A stretch of 64,000 nt of DNA from an uncultured Phycisphaerales bacterium (GCA_963718665.1 OY970359.1:1344001-1408000); one strand, 5' to 3'; numbered from the stretch's first letter, positions 19,403 through 29,819 are shown. Notes: generated from the sequence alone by a model not told the origin. A program made the numbers and translations.

Positions 19403-20341
19403 ATGGATAAGTTTCTGGTCACCGGCGGAGCCGGCTTCATCGGTTCAAACATCTGCATCAAGCTCGTCTCGCAGGGTTGTTTTGTCCGCGTAATTGACAA
19501 CCTGCTCACCGGCAAGAAGAGTAACCTCGCTGGTATTGCAGACAAGATTGAGTTCATAGAAGCGGATATGGGCAATGCGGATGCTGCACGAGCCGCGATG
19601 AAAGGAATTGACGTGGTATTACATGAGGGGGCGTTACCATCGGTTCCCCGCAGCGTTGACGATCCCGCTGCCACACACAGACATTGCGTCGATGCCACTT
19701 TTACGCTGCTGATGGCCGCGCGGGACGCAAAAATAAAGCGTTTTGTTTATGCCGCCAGCTCTTCGGCATACGGCGACACGCCGATTTTGCCGAAGGTTGA
19801 AACAATGCCCGTCAATCCGCTCTCGCCCTATGCGGCAGCAAAACTGATGTGCGAATACTACTGTTCCGTCTTTTACAAGGTTTTCGGCCTTGAAACGATT
19901 TCACTTCGATACTTCAATGTCTTTGGCCCAAACCAAGACCCGACAAGCCAATACGCCGCGGCAATACCGGCATTCGTAACCTCAATCCTCAAAGACACGC
20001 CGCCTACTATTTACGGCGACGGGGAGCAAAGCAGGGATTTTACCTATGTCGATAATGTCGTGGAAGCAAACCTGCTTGCTGCCCGGGCAAAGCAGACCAA
20101 AGGCGAGGTCATTAATATCGCCTGCGGAGAAGCAATAACCGTCAACGCGATTATCGATATGATAAACAAAATCGTCGGCAAAAATGTCAAGCCGACGTAT
20201 GTCCCATCCCGCAAAGGCGACGTAAAACATTCGCTCGCCGATATCACTCTGGCAAAAAAACTGGTAGGTTTCAAGCCGGTTATTTCATTCAAAGACGGGC
20301 TGAAAAAAGCAATCGAATGGTACCGCGTAAACCTGGTATAA
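19403..20341 (+). CDS. NAD-dependent nucleotide-sugar epimerase (SDR, WbpP/GalE-like)
   Basis: TGGAGFIGS, PSVPRS, SPYAAAK, LRYFNVFGP, GDGEQSRDF. Confidence 0.9.
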   Translation: MDKFLVTGGAGFIGSNICIKLVSQGCFVRVIDNLLTGKKSNLAGIADKIEFIEADMGNADAARAAMKGIDVVLHEGALPSVPRSVDDPAATHRHCVDATFTLLMAARDAKIKRFVYAASSSAYGDTPILPKVETMPVNPLSPYAAAKLMCEYYCSVFYKVFGLETISLRYFNVFGPNQDPTSQYAAAIPAFVTSILKDTPPTIYGDGEQSRDFTYVDNVVEANLLAARAKQTKGEVINIACGEAITVNAIIDMINKIVGKNVKPTYVPSRKGDVKHSLADITLAKKLVGFKPVISFKDGLKKAIEWYRVNLV

Positions 20342-20358
20342 GGATTGATGATTGACTA

Positions 20359-20754
20359 TCAATTGCCTTGCTTGCTAAGCTGCTCCGCGGCTTGAATCAA
20401 TTCCTGTCTGCCGACTTCTTTCTGTGGTTTCAGGTCAAACGACCACTCATAGGAATCAACTATCCTGCCCGGGTAAAGGATTTGAGTTACGAAATCAAAG
20501 GGGAAAAAATCATGCCAAGGCGCCTGTAGCTTGCGATGCGCCTGGAGGGTTTCGCAGCCCTGCTTGCGGATAGTGATATTGTAATCGCCATACCAGTTAA
20601 ACGACGTTGTCACCGGCGAAACGCCTATCTCCTCGTCATTTAGGAAAATCTGTGCGCCGGCCGGGTTAGTATTGATAGTGAGTTTACGCTCAACACAACC
20701 GGCCACACCGACTATTAAAATGCAAAACAACAGCAATGATTTATTCATTCCCAT
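20359..20754 (-). CDS. PEGA domain lipoprotein
   Basis: Lipobox VAGC, then VERKLTINTNPAGAQIFLNDEEIG.SP, typical of the planctomycete PEGA family. Confidence 0.8.
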   Translation of the reverse strand: MGMNKSLLLFCILIVGVAGCVERKLTINTNPAGAQIFLNDEEIGVSPVTTSFNWYGDYNITIRKQGCETLQAHRKLQAPWHDFFPFDFVTQILYPGRIVDSYEWSFDLKPQKEVGRQELIQAAEQLSKQGN

Positions 20755-20985
20755 ATACGGCCCCATTATAACCCCGAATATCAAATGGGAAAAGACCAAA
20801 CTGCTCGAAAGTTTAAGGTCCTATAAGGACAGGCGTAGATTGGTATTTAAGATTGACCATCTGCAAAACAGGGCTATTTTGTATTTAGGCGAATGGGCGA
20901 ATTTGGCGATTATTATAAGAGCAAAAGGACCTGTTTCATAAGTGCGTAAGTCCTTTGTTTTTTTGCCATTGTACACAGAAACCCT

Positions 20986-21795
20986 ATGATAGGAACCGCA
21001 ATATATAAACTTGGCGAAGAGGTAGGCAACGTCGGGCAATTCAGCCGATTCGCCTGGCGTTCGGCCGTAACCAGCATACAAAGTATCGCCAAAAGCGACA
21101 CCTATCCGCTGATATGGGCACAAATGCTGCTGATAGGCGTTTACAGCGTGCCCGTCATTATGATAACGGGCGCCTTCGTTGGTATGACGCTGGCGCTTCA
21201 GGCCTACGACCAGTTGGCGGGAATAGGGCTTGAAGAACACCTCGGAGTCCTGATAAATATCTCGGTCGTTAAAGAGCTTGGGCCTGTTTTGGCGGCGGTT
21301 ATGCTTGCGGGCAGAGTTGGCGGCGCGCTCACCGCTGAATTAGGCACTATGAAAGTTACCGAGCAGATAGACGCCATAGAAAGTATGGGAACAGACCCTG
21401 TCAAATACTTAGTCGCACCTCGCGTGCTGGCATGCCTGCTCCTTACGCCGGCGCTCATCGTTTACGCGGACCTGCTCGGTATCATCGGCGGCTGGTTCGT
21501 AAGCGTCATTCACCTGCGTATCAACGCCACGGCATACTGGAGTTTCAGCGCATACGGCGTCGATTTGTGGGATGTCGGCTGCGGTATCATCAAGGGTTTC
21601 TTCTTCGGCGGAGCCATGGCCGTTATAAGCTGCTACAAGGGTTTTAACTGCAAGGAAGGAGCACGGGGTGTGGGGCAGGCCTGCACAGATGCGTTTGTAA
21701 TGAGTTTTATCTCGATACTGGCTCTTGACTTCGTCCTGGTTATAATTTTTAAGGCGCTTTACAGCACCTTCTGGCCTTTGAAGAGTTTGGTATAA
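20986..21795 (+). CDS. mlaE: ABC transporter permease, MlaE family
   Basis: KELGPVLAAVMLAGRVGGALTAELGTMKVTEQIDAIESMG.DP. Confidence 0.9.
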   Translation: MIGTAIYKLGEEVGNVGQFSRFAWRSAVTSIQSIAKSDTYPLIWAQMLLIGVYSVPVIMITGAFVGMTLALQAYDQLAGIGLEEHLGVLINISVVKELGPVLAAVMLAGRVGGALTAELGTMKVTEQIDAIESMGTDPVKYLVAPRVLACLLLTPALIVYADLLGIIGGWFVSVIHLRINATAYWSFSAYGVDLWDVGCGIIKGFFFGGAMAVISCYKGFNCKEGARGVGQACTDAFVMSFISILALDFVLVIIFKALYSTFWPLKSLV

Positions 21796-21829
21796 TAATC
21801 AGTCATCAGGTGGCTCGCCAAAAAAGACA

Positions 21830-22693
21830 ATGAATACTGAACAACAAACAACCAACAACGGACAAACCGGCGTCAAGCCCGACGACGGGCTAATCGTTCT
21901 TAAAAATATCACCAAGAGATTCGGCAATAATGTCGTACTGGACGACATTTCGCTGGCGATAGAAAAAGGCAAAACCACCGTCGTAATCGGCCCAAGCGGC
22001 TGCGGTAAAAGCGTCCTGCTCAAGCACATGATAGTCCTGATGCGGCCTACTTCGGGCGAGGTATATTTCAAAAGCCAGCGAATCGACAACCTCGACGACC
22101 AGTTGCTGACCAGCGTGCGGGCGCACTTCGGGTACCTGTTTCAGGCAGGAGCCCTTTTCGACAGCTTAAGCGTTGCGGAAAACATAATGTTCCCCGTCAG
22201 GCAGCACTGCCAGATAACGCGTTTCAGCGCCGTCGAAGAGCTTGTGCGAAACAAGCTCAAAATGGTCGGCCTCGATGGGCTTCAGCACTTTTTCCCCGCC
22301 AACCTTTCCGGCGGCCAGCGAAAACGCGTCGCCCTTGCAAGGGCCATAGCTCTTGACCCGGAAGTTATATTGTATGACGAGCCGACAACCGGGCTTGACC
22401 CGATTCGGGCGGACGTGATAAACGAGCTTGTCCTGAAACTCCGAAAAGAGCTTGGCGTAACGAGCATCGCCGTAACGCACGATATGAAAAGCGCATATAA
22501 AATAGCCGACCGCATTGTTATGCTTCACCACGGCAAAATTATCGCCGACGGCGACGCCGATAACATCCGCAGCCATCCCGACCCCATCGTCCAGCAATTC
22601 ATAAAGGGCGAAATCAGCCAAAAGGAGCTTGAGCAGCTTCACAAAACAAGCGCCGGCTCTTCTGTCCGCCTGCCCTGCGATATAGAAGATTAA
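21830..22693 (+). CDS. mlaF: ABC transporter ATP-binding protein, MlaF/Mkl family
   Basis: GPSGCGKS, FQAGALFDS, LSGGQRKRVALARA, ILYDEPTTGLDP. Confidence 0.88.
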   Translation: MNTEQQTTNNGQTGVKPDDGLIVLKNITKRFGNNVVLDDISLAIEKGKTTVVIGPSGCGKSVLLKHMIVLMRPTSGEVYFKSQRIDNLDDQLLTSVRAHFGYLFQAGALFDSLSVAENIMFPVRQHCQITRFSAVEELVRNKLKMVGLDGLQHFFPANLSGGQRKRVALARAIALDPEVILYDEPTTGLDPIRADVINELVLKLRKELGVTSIAVTHDMKSAYKIADRIVMLHHGKIIADGDADNIRSHPDPIVQQFIKGEISQKELEQLHKTSAGSSVRLPCDIED

Positions 22694-22724
22694 CCATAAG
22701 CTATTGATTATTTTCTACTGATTA

Positions 22725-25622
22725 TTGATAATTGGACAAGTGAGCCCGCAAACATTCGATACTCAATGGGATGACCTTGCTCGCCTCGTCAAAGGAGAGG
22801 TGTTCACAGACGTTCTGCATCGTGCCGCTTACAGCAGCGACGCCAGCATTTACCAGATTGTGCCGACCTGCGTGGTATGCCCGCGCGACGCCCAGGATAT
22901 CGCCGAAGTCGTCAAATACGCCAAAGCCAAACAAATACCTGTTGCCGCTCGCGGGGCGGGCAGCGGAGTGGCGGGCGAATCGCTGACCAGCGGAATCCTG
23001 CTCGATGTAACCCGATATATGAACGGCATTATCAGTATTGAAAATGAAGGTGAGCTGGTAACTTGTGAGCCGGGCGTCGTCCTTGACGAATTAAATAACT
23101 ATCTCGCGAAATTCGGCAGGAAAATCGGGCCTGACCCGTCAACGGCTAATCGTGCGGTCATAGGCGGATGCGTTGCCAATAACGCAACAGGGGCACACTC
23201 GCTGCAATTCGGCTACACAGGCGATTATGTCGAAAAAGTCGAGGCGGTCCTCGCGGATGGTTCAATAGTCGAGTTGGTAAACGATTATCAACCAAAAGCC
23301 GAAAGCGATAGCCGTATCGATGAGATTGCCAAACAGTGTGTCTCGCTGCTGGCAGGCAAAAAAGATGCAATCACAAATGCGCTTCCCGCAACCAAACGCA
23401 ATCGCAGCGGATACAATATCGCGGGGACATATCACGATGGCAGGGTAAATCTTGCCCGCCTGATGGCCGGCTCGGAAGGCACGCTCGCCATATTCACCAA
23501 AATAACGCTTCGCACCGTACCATTGCCAAAAGCCAAAGGGTTATTGCAACTGGAGTTTGATACGCTGGAGAAAATGGCAAAGGCGGTGCCGATTATAGTA
23601 TCGACAGGCGCGTCTGCCTGCGAGCTGATGGATAACCGCCTTATTGCGATGGCGATTGAGCACCTGCCCGCATATCGGGACGTTCTTCCCGCCAACGCCA
23701 CTGCCGCATTGCTTGTCGAGCACGTCGGCGATACGCCCGAACAGGTAAGAATAAAAATCGGAAAGACCGATTCCGCCGTCGGCAATCTCGCGAGCAATCG
23801 AACGATTGTCTTAGATGAGCAGACACAAAAGCGGATTTGGAAGGTGCGCAAGGACGCCGTCCCGCTTTTAGACAGGGCAAAAGGCAGACAAAGACCCGTG
23901 CCGTTTATTGAGGATGTGTCCATCGAAAACAACAAACTGGCGGAGTATATCGTCGGCCTGCAAAAAATCGGCCAAAAATACAATATCGCGATGAGCTACT
24001 ATGGCCACGCGGGCGACGGCGAGCTGCATATCAGACCATATCTTGATTTGGGTGAGCAGGGCGATATCGATAAAATGACGCAAATCGCCAACGAGGTCTT
24101 CGCCCTTGCCTGGTCGCTTGGCGGGACAGTCAGCGGCGAGCACGCGGTCGGATTAGTCCGCGCAGCGTTTCTGCGAAAACAATATGGCGACGAATTTTAT
24201 AATCTGCTTTGCGGCATCAAAAAGATTTTCGACCCCGCCGGCTTGCTCAATCCCGGAAAAATAATCAACGATAACCCCAATATAATGGTCGAAAACTTAA
24301 AGGCCAGCCATCGGATAAAGAAAAATAAAACATTCTCGGAATCGGGTGTAATTTTCGCCGACGATGAAATATCGCTTGAGCTTGGGCAATGCAGCGGTTG
24401 CGGAGTATGCCGAAGCAAAGAACAACAATTTAGAATGTGTCCTGTGTTCAGGGCAATGGGCGATGAGCTGGCCGGCTCACGCGCCAAAATGAACGTGCTT
24501 AGGTTCTGGTCAAGCGGGCAGCTTAAAGATGAATATTTCGACTCTCCGGAATTTCGCCAGTTCCTCGATTTGTGCATCAACTGCAAGGCCTGCTCGATTG
24601 AGTGCCCGTCGGGCGTCGATGTCTCGAAAATTATCGTGGCTGCCCGCGCCGAATATGTCCGTCGAAAAGGACTGCGTCTAACCGAACGGCTTTTCGGCCA
24701 CAATCGATATCTCAGTATGCTGGCAAGCGCCTTCGCTCCAATATCAAATTCCGTAATGCGTCTGCCGATAACCCGACGGCTTCTTGAAAAGACAATAGGA
24801 CTCGACAGCAGACGCAGGATGCCCAAATTCGCCTTCGGCTCATTTTACCTTGCCGGCCGGCTCTACCTGGAAACCTGCAAACCGAGTGAAATGCCTATTG
24901 ATAAAGTCGCGTATTTTTTGGATACATACGTTAATTACAACGACCACGAACTGGGCTTTGCAGTTATCGACGTCCTGCGACACAACGCCGTCGAAGTTAT
25001 AATCCCCAGGCAAAGACCTGCGCCGTTGCCCGCGATTGTTTACGGCGACGTCAAAACCGCGAAAAAAGATTTGTCTTACAGCGTCAAATACCTCGCGGCA
25101 GCCGTAAGGGACGGCTACAAAATTATCTGCTCCGAACCAAGCGCAGCAATGTGTCTCAAGCAGGAACTTCGGCATTACGTTGACAGCGTGGACGCAAAAC
25201 TTGTTTCCGAAAACACCTATGAGCTGATGGAATACCTGCGTGAGCTGCTGCGACAGGGCAAATTGAATAAACCCAAAAGAACGCTCCTGCAGGAATACGT
25301 TTATCATACGCCCTGTCATTTATTCGCGACCGGGGCATACGGGGCAGGTATTGAACTATTGCAAAAATTGTGTAATATACCGGTGGCCGACCTAAATGCG
25401 GGCTGCTGTGGCCTCGCGGGGACATTCGGGATGCAGAAGAAAAATTACGAACTGTCGGAACAAATCGCCCAATCGCTCAAAAATACGCTCGAAAATACAG
25501 CTGCGCAGTCCGTTCTTACCGAATGCGCCGCCTGCGGTATGCAAATCGAACACATTAGCGGAAAACGTGCAATTCACCCGATAAAAGTTTTAGCAAAGGC
25601 ATACGGACCAATATACAAATAA
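22725..25622 (+). CDS. FAD-binding / 4Fe-4S oxidoreductase (GlcD-GlpC-like fusion)
   Basis: RGAGSGVAGES, GSEGTL, GHAGDGELH, SGEH; CSGCGVC and CINCKACSIECP clusters; C-terminal CCG domain. Confidence 0.9.
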   Translation: MIIGQVSPQTFDTQWDDLARLVKGEVFTDVLHRAAYSSDASIYQIVPTCVVCPRDAQDIAEVVKYAKAKQIPVAARGAGSGVAGESLTSGILLDVTRYMNGIISIENEGELVTCEPGVVLDELNNYLAKFGRKIGPDPSTANRAVIGGCVANNATGAHSLQFGYTGDYVEKVEAVLADGSIVELVNDYQPKAESDSRIDEIAKQCVSLLAGKKDAITNALPATKRNRSGYNIAGTYHDGRVNLARLMAGSEGTLAIFTKITLRTVPLPKAKGLLQLEFDTLEKMAKAVPIIVSTGASACELMDNRLIAMAIEHLPAYRDVLPANATAALLVEHVGDTPEQVRIKIGKTDSAVGNLASNRTIVLDEQTQKRIWKVRKDAVPLLDRAKGRQRPVPFIEDVSIENNKLAEYIVGLQKIGQKYNIAMSYYGHAGDGELHIRPYLDLGEQGDIDKMTQIANEVFALAWSLGGTVSGEHAVGLVRAAFLRKQYGDEFYNLLCGIKKIFDPAGLLNPGKIINDNPNIMVENLKASHRIKKNKTFSESGVIFADDEISLELGQCSGCGVCRSKEQQFRMCPVFRAMGDELAGSRAKMNVLRFWSSGQLKDEYFDSPEFRQFLDLCINCKACSIECPSGVDVSKIIVAARAEYVRRKGLRLTERLFGHNRYLSMLASAFAPISNSVMRLPITRRLLEKTIGLDSRRRMPKFAFGSFYLAGRLYLETCKPSEMPIDKVAYFLDTYVNYNDHELGFAVIDVLRHNAVEVIIPRQRPAPLPAIVYGDVKTAKKDLSYSVKYLAAAVRDGYKIICSEPSAAMCLKQELRHYVDSVDAKLVSENTYELMEYLRELLRQGKLNKPKRTLLQEYVYHTPCHLFATGAYGAGIELLQKLCNIPVADLNAGCCGLAGTFGMQKKNYELSEQIAQSLKNTLENTAAQSVLTECAACGMQIEHISGKRAIHPIKVLAKAYGPIYK

Positions 25623-25642
25623 AAACGGAAAGGAACGGGCAA

Positions 25643-26509
25643 ATGGTTGGTAAACAAACAAGAAGAGACGTTTTGAAATTGGCGGGAGTAGGGGTAATTG
25701 CAGCAGGGCTAAAACCGGCAATGGGTACGGAACAAACCGGAACATCAACGAGCCCTTCGATTTCAGCCGGGGCAGGCAGGGCGAAATTTAATCTGGGTAT
25801 GACATCTTATACGTTCAGGAAATTTCCCACTGAGCAGGCAATCGCGATGACCAAACGGCTGGGGTTAAAATACATCAGCTTTAAAGATGTTCACATGCCG
25901 TTAAACAGCACCCCTGAGCAAATCCAAAATACAGTGGCGAAGGTAAAAGAGGCGGGATTGTTTCTTTACACGTGCGGCGTAATTTATATGAAGACCGAAG
26001 CGGATGTGCAGCAGGCATTTGATTACGCAAAAGCCGCGGGAGTAAAAATGATTGTCGGCGTGCCCAATTACGAGCTGCTCGGCCTGGTCGAAAAGAAAGT
26101 AAAAGAATACAACATCAAAGTGGCGGTCCATAATCACGGAGCTGATTATAAGCTATACCCGTCGCCGGCAAGTGTCTATGAGAAGATAAAAGACCTCGAT
26201 AAACGAATCGGCCTTTGCATTGACATCGGCCATACACAGCGGTCAGGTATCGACCCGTCGGAGGCGGCAGAGAAATTCGCCGACCGGCTTCTCGACCTCC
26301 ACATAAAAGACGAAAGCTCGGCGACCACCGAAGGCACTACGGTTGAAATGGGCAGGGGCGTGATTGACCTTGTAAAGCTTATGCGGACGCTGGAGAAAAT
26401 CGGCTACTCAAACATCGCGGCGTTCGAATTCGAGAAGGACGAAAACGACCCGTTGGCGGGTGTCGCCGAATCCGTCGGCTATACGAGAGGTATTCTGGCC
26501 AGCATCTAA
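25643..26509 (+). CDS. Sugar phosphate isomerase/epimerase (xylose isomerase-like TIM barrel) with Tat signal
   Basis: TRRDVLK twin-arginine; AVHNHG, CIDIGH, LHIKD, FEFE. Confidence 0.85.
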   Translation: MVGKQTRRDVLKLAGVGVIAAGLKPAMGTEQTGTSTSPSISAGAGRAKFNLGMTSYTFRKFPTEQAIAMTKRLGLKYISFKDVHMPLNSTPEQIQNTVAKVKEAGLFLYTCGVIYMKTEADVQQAFDYAKAAGVKMIVGVPNYELLGLVEKKVKEYNIKVAVHNHGADYKLYPSPASVYEKIKDLDKRIGLCIDIGHTQRSGIDPSEAAEKFADRLLDLHIKDESSATTEGTTVEMGRGVIDLVKLMRTLEKIGYSNIAAFEFEKDENDPLAGVAESVGYTRGILASI

Positions 26510-26540
26510 AGTCGGGAACTATTTGTGAAAGGAAATTCGG

Positions 26541-27479
26541 ATGTCCAAGATGACGATTTTAGCCGGGTTGATTCTGTTTTTTGTATCGGCCTGCGCAGCG
26601 GGTGCGGATATCAAATTCGTCCAGGATACCAATAAAATCGACATCCTTATCGGGGGCAACCTGTTCACGACCTATCGATATGGCTCTGAACTGACCAAGC
26701 CGATTTTGTACCCGGTCAAAAGCCCTTCGGGTATTGTGCTGACTCGCGGCTTTCCGTTCGAGAAAATACCCGGCGAAAGCAACGACCATCCGCATCATAC
26801 AGGGATATTCTTTACTTATGACAAAGTTAATAACGATGGCTTCTGGAACAACACAACTTCGCCTCCGCAGATAAAGCACATAAAAACCACAAAGATGGAG
26901 AATGGTCAGATTTCCACAATATCGCACTGGGTCGGCAAATCAGGCAAAACACTGCTCGAAGAAAAAAGGGATATGGTTTTTTCTGCTGAGGCGAATCAAT
27001 ACGCTATCGATTTCAATATCACCCTGACCGCGCAGGATGAAAAAATTGTCTTCGGCGACACCAAAGAGGGTATGTTCGCGATTCGCGTGGCCGACTGGCT
27101 GAGCGAGGACAAAGGGACAGGCAAATATCTCGACTCAGACGGCAATATGGGCGAGCCGACTATCTGGGGCAAAAAAACCACCTGGGTTCGCTTGGAAGGA
27201 ATTAAAGATGGCAAAATAATCGGTATCGCGATTTTCAATCATCCGACAAGCGCATGTTTCCCAACCTATTGGCACGCAAGGGGTTACGGCCTGTTTTCCG
27301 CTAATCCCTTAGGCCAACTGGATTTCCTGAAAGGCCGAAACGTCAAAAACCCCCAGCCGTTAAATTTCACGCTTTACCCAAATAAAAGCGCACTTTTCAG
27401 ATTCCGTATGATTATCTACGAAGGCCAAAAATCCGCCGAGCAACTTGAGAAGGAATTTCAGGCCTTTGCGAGGCATTGA
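26541..27479 (+). CDS. Secreted DUF6807 ('PmoA'-named) family protein
   Basis: Signal peptide; KPILYPV, DHPHHTG, FGDTKEG, WHARGYGLF.ANP. Confidence 0.8.
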   Translation: MSKMTILAGLILFFVSACAAGADIKFVQDTNKIDILIGGNLFTTYRYGSELTKPILYPVKSPSGIVLTRGFPFEKIPGESNDHPHHTGIFFTYDKVNNDGFWNNTTSPPQIKHIKTTKMENGQISTISHWVGKSGKTLLEEKRDMVFSAEANQYAIDFNITLTAQDEKIVFGDTKEGMFAIRVADWLSEDKGTGKYLDSDGNMGEPTIWGKKTTWVRLEGIKDGKIIGIAIFNHPTSACFPTYWHARGYGLFSANPLGQLDFLKGRNVKNPQPLNFTLYPNKSALFRFRMIIYEGQKSAEQLEKEFQAFARH

Positions 27480-27498
27480 AAAACATTGGCAGGAATTT

Positions 27499-27981
27499 AT
27501 GCTGAGGATTCTTGAGGCAGAGGCAGGTGAAACTCTGGAGATTATTAGAAAACTCTTTGAGGAGTACGCAGAATCATTGGGCTTTGATTTGTCCTTCCAG
27601 AATTTCGACGAGGAGTTAGCGAATCTTCCGGGCGAATATGCGCTGCCGACAGGGTGTTTATTGCTTGCGATATATCAGAACGAGGCGGCGGGATGCATTG
27701 CGTTAAGGCGGATAGACAAAACGATTTGCGAAATGAAACGGCTGTTTGTCCGGCCGCAATTTCGGCGTAAGGGAATCGGGCGGGCATTGGCCGAAGCTGT
27801 AATTGAACGAGCCAAAACAGCCGGGTACAAACAAATGCGCCTCGATACTGCGCCAACAATGGACGCCGCCAGAAACCTGTATGAATCTTTGGGATTTGAG
27901 GAGATAGAAGCATACAGGTATAATCCGCTAAAAGGTGCGGTATTTATGGAACTGTCACTAAATAGAAAAAAAGGGGCCTGA
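27499..27981 (+). CDS. GNAT family N-acetyltransferase
   Basis: DLSFQNFDEELANLPGEY, CEMKRLFVRPQFRRKGIG, MRLDT, LYESLGF. Confidence 0.9.
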   Translation: MLRILEAEAGETLEIIRKLFEEYAESLGFDLSFQNFDEELANLPGEYALPTGCLLLAIYQNEAAGCIALRRIDKTICEMKRLFVRPQFRRKGIGRALAEAVIERAKTAGYKQMRLDTAPTMDAARNLYESLGFEEIEAYRYNPLKGAVFMELSLNRKKGA

Positions 27982-27993
27982 CCCCTTTTTCTT
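27968..27993 (+). repeat. 26-bp palindromic element (copy 1) containing the GNAT stop codon; likely bidirectional terminator
   Basis: aaaaaggggcctgacccctttttctt, the exact reverse complement of 34092-34117. Confidence 0.8.
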
Positions 27994-28080
27994 CGAATCG
28001 CAATCTCGGGTAACGTATGGCGGATAGCAACTCGATAAACATTACACACTACCCGCTACGCGCCAATTCGCGATAGTATC

Positions 28081-28752
28081 TTACTTTTCTTTTTTTCCGG
28101 CCGGCTTGCTTTTGCCTGCCGGTTTGGCTTTGCCTTTTGGTTTGCTTTCACCTTCCGGCTTAGCTTCGCCTTCTGGCTTTGCTTCGCCCTCCGGTTTGGA
28201 TTCCGCCTTGGGTTCCGCCACCTGCTCCTGGGCTTTCTGCTCAGCGGCCAGCTTCGCGGCCTCTTTGGCGGCTTCCTTTTGCTGGGCCTTGAATGCCTCC
28301 GCGTCAATGCCTTCAGGAACAACAACAACGCTCACCGAGGCGGTCAAATCGTCCGCAAACTCCAGCTTAACGCTGTATGTGCCGACCTCTTTGATATGCT
28401 CGTGGAGCATAACCACGTCATCGGCAACCTCAAAGCCCTGCTCTCGCAGGTTCTTGGCGATATCGTGCCTGAAAACCGAGCCGAACAGGTGACCAAGCTC
28501 GTTGACCGCCGCAGCGAGAACTGCCTCGGCGCCGTTGACGGCCTGGGCCGCTTTTTCGAGCTGCTTGCGTTCAAGATTACGCTCTTCGGCACGCGCCGCC
28601 TTGGCCTTTGCAATTGACTTTATGTTGTTATCCGTAGCGGCCTTGGCAAGCCCCTGCGGAAACAGGTAATTTCTCGCGTAGCCGTCGGCGACATCCACAA
28701 CATCCCCGAGCCAGCCCAGTTTACGAACGTCACTAACCAGTAATACTTTCAT
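28081..28752 (-). CDS. rplI: 50S ribosomal protein L9 with long repetitive C-terminal extension
   Basis: MKVLLVSDVRKLG.LGDVVDVADGYARNYLFP, GHLFGSV, IKEVG; tail of KP(E/K/A)G(E/K)(A/S) repeats. Confidence 0.95.
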   Translation of the reverse strand: MKVLLVSDVRKLGWLGDVVDVADGYARNYLFPQGLAKAATDNNIKSIAKAKAARAEERNLERKQLEKAAQAVNGAEAVLAAAVNELGHLFGSVFRHDIAKNLREQGFEVADDVVMLHEHIKEVGTYSVKLEFADDLTASVSVVVVPEGIDAEAFKAQQKEAAKEAAKLAAEQKAQEQVAEPKAESKPEGEAKPEGEAKPEGESKPKGKAKPAGKSKPAGKKEK

Positions 28753-28844
28753 TTACACATCTCCGCGTAAAAAATTTCGTTTATCGTCGCTCGTGACTCG
28801 TCGCTCGAACCACGGGGCACGGACAACGGGGCACGGATTCCAGG

Positions 28845-29147
28845 TTATGCGCAAAACGGCAGAAGCGCCATAAACCTTGCGCGTTTGATTGCGTTTTTGA
28901 CCTTGCGCTGACAGCCGGCACAATTGCCGCTGCGCTTGCGGGAATATATCTTGCCGCGATGCGTCAACAGCTTCTGCAGGGTCTCGATATCCTTGTAATC
29001 CACGTACTCCTCGCGTCGCCTGCAGAACCTGCACTGGGTCTGCTGCGGCGCGGCCAGCTTACGGGTGTTGTCCGACCTGTCGCCGCCTCTCCTGTCGTCT
29101 CTTCTTTCGCCTCTTCTATCATCTCTTCTTTCGCCATATTCCGCCAT
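28845..29147 (-). CDS. rpsR: 30S ribosomal protein S18 (zinc-binding type)
   Basis: CRFC...VDYKD...RGKI...GNCAGCQR...[13 protein letters not shown]. Confidence 0.92.
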   Translation of the reverse strand: MAEYGERRDDRRGERRDDRRGGDRSDNTRKLAAPQQTQCRFCRRREEYVDYKDIETLQKLLTHRGKIYSRKRSGNCAGCQRKVKNAIKRARFMALLPFCA

Positions 29148-29285
29148 ATTTTCACCTTTAAAAAACTTCGTACTTCGTCTATCGGTTACGCTGCTCGTTT
29201 CGTCCATCGTCTCACGGCTGCGTGTTAATCGACGATTCACGCAACCGACACGAGCTGCGTAACCGCAACCGTACAACTCAACCAT

Positions 29286-29741
29286 CTAAAATGGTATATC
29301 ATCTGCGGGAGGGTGCGCTCCCTTTACAGGCCCGGAGTTATCCGGCTCAACCTGGCTGTCAGACCCAGCTTCACCGCCTGCTGCTCCGGCCTCACCGCCG
29401 GCCCCGCCGGCCGGTCCGCCGAGAAACTGGAAATTCTCGACGACAACCCTGTGCCGGCTTCGCTTTGAGCCGTCCTGTGCCGTCCACTGTTCGAACGACA
29501 GCCGACCCTCCACAAAGAGTGGTCTGCCCTTGCGCATATACTTGTTGAGCGTCTCGGCGGGCCGACCGAAGGCACGGCAATCGACAAAGCACACTTCCTC
29601 TTTGCTCTCACCTTCCTTGCTGGTCCACTTGCGGTTTATCGCAAGGCCGAACTCAACAACGGGCGTCTGACTCGGCAGATACGACAACTGCGGGTCCCGC
29701 GTCAGGTTGCCCATCAACATTACCTTATTAAAATTCGCCAT
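29286..29741 (-). CDS. ssb: Single-stranded DNA-binding protein
   Basis: NKVMLMGNLTRDP, VEGRL, C-terminal DDIPF. Confidence 0.96.
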   Translation of the reverse strand: MANFNKVMLMGNLTRDPQLSYLPSQTPVVEFGLAINRKWTSKEGESKEEVCFVDCRAFGRPAETLNKYMRKGRPLFVEGRLSFEQWTAQDGSKRSRHRVVVENFQFLGGPAGGAGGEAGAAGGEAGSDSQVEPDNSGPVKGAHPPADDIPF

Positions 29742-29819
29742 CGATAACTCCTCTATTCTTCAGCGTCGCTCCTCAACAAGAGAAGCGGCCGCTTTCAGTC
29801 AATGCTCGCAGGCAGATTA

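Noticed and set aside
20986..22693. mlaEF without mlaD as a novel transporter
   Set aside because: The MCE subunit may simply be encoded elsewhere; this cannot be judged from one window.
26541..27479. 'PmoA' family match suggesting methane monooxygenase
   Set aside because: This is a soluble secreted DUF6807-type protein with no pmoB/pmoC neighbours; true PmoA is a multi-pass membrane protein.
28845..29285. 146-aa S18 as given by the ORF track
   Set aside because: The upstream part translates an intergenic repeat region; the RBS and homology favour the ATG at 29147.
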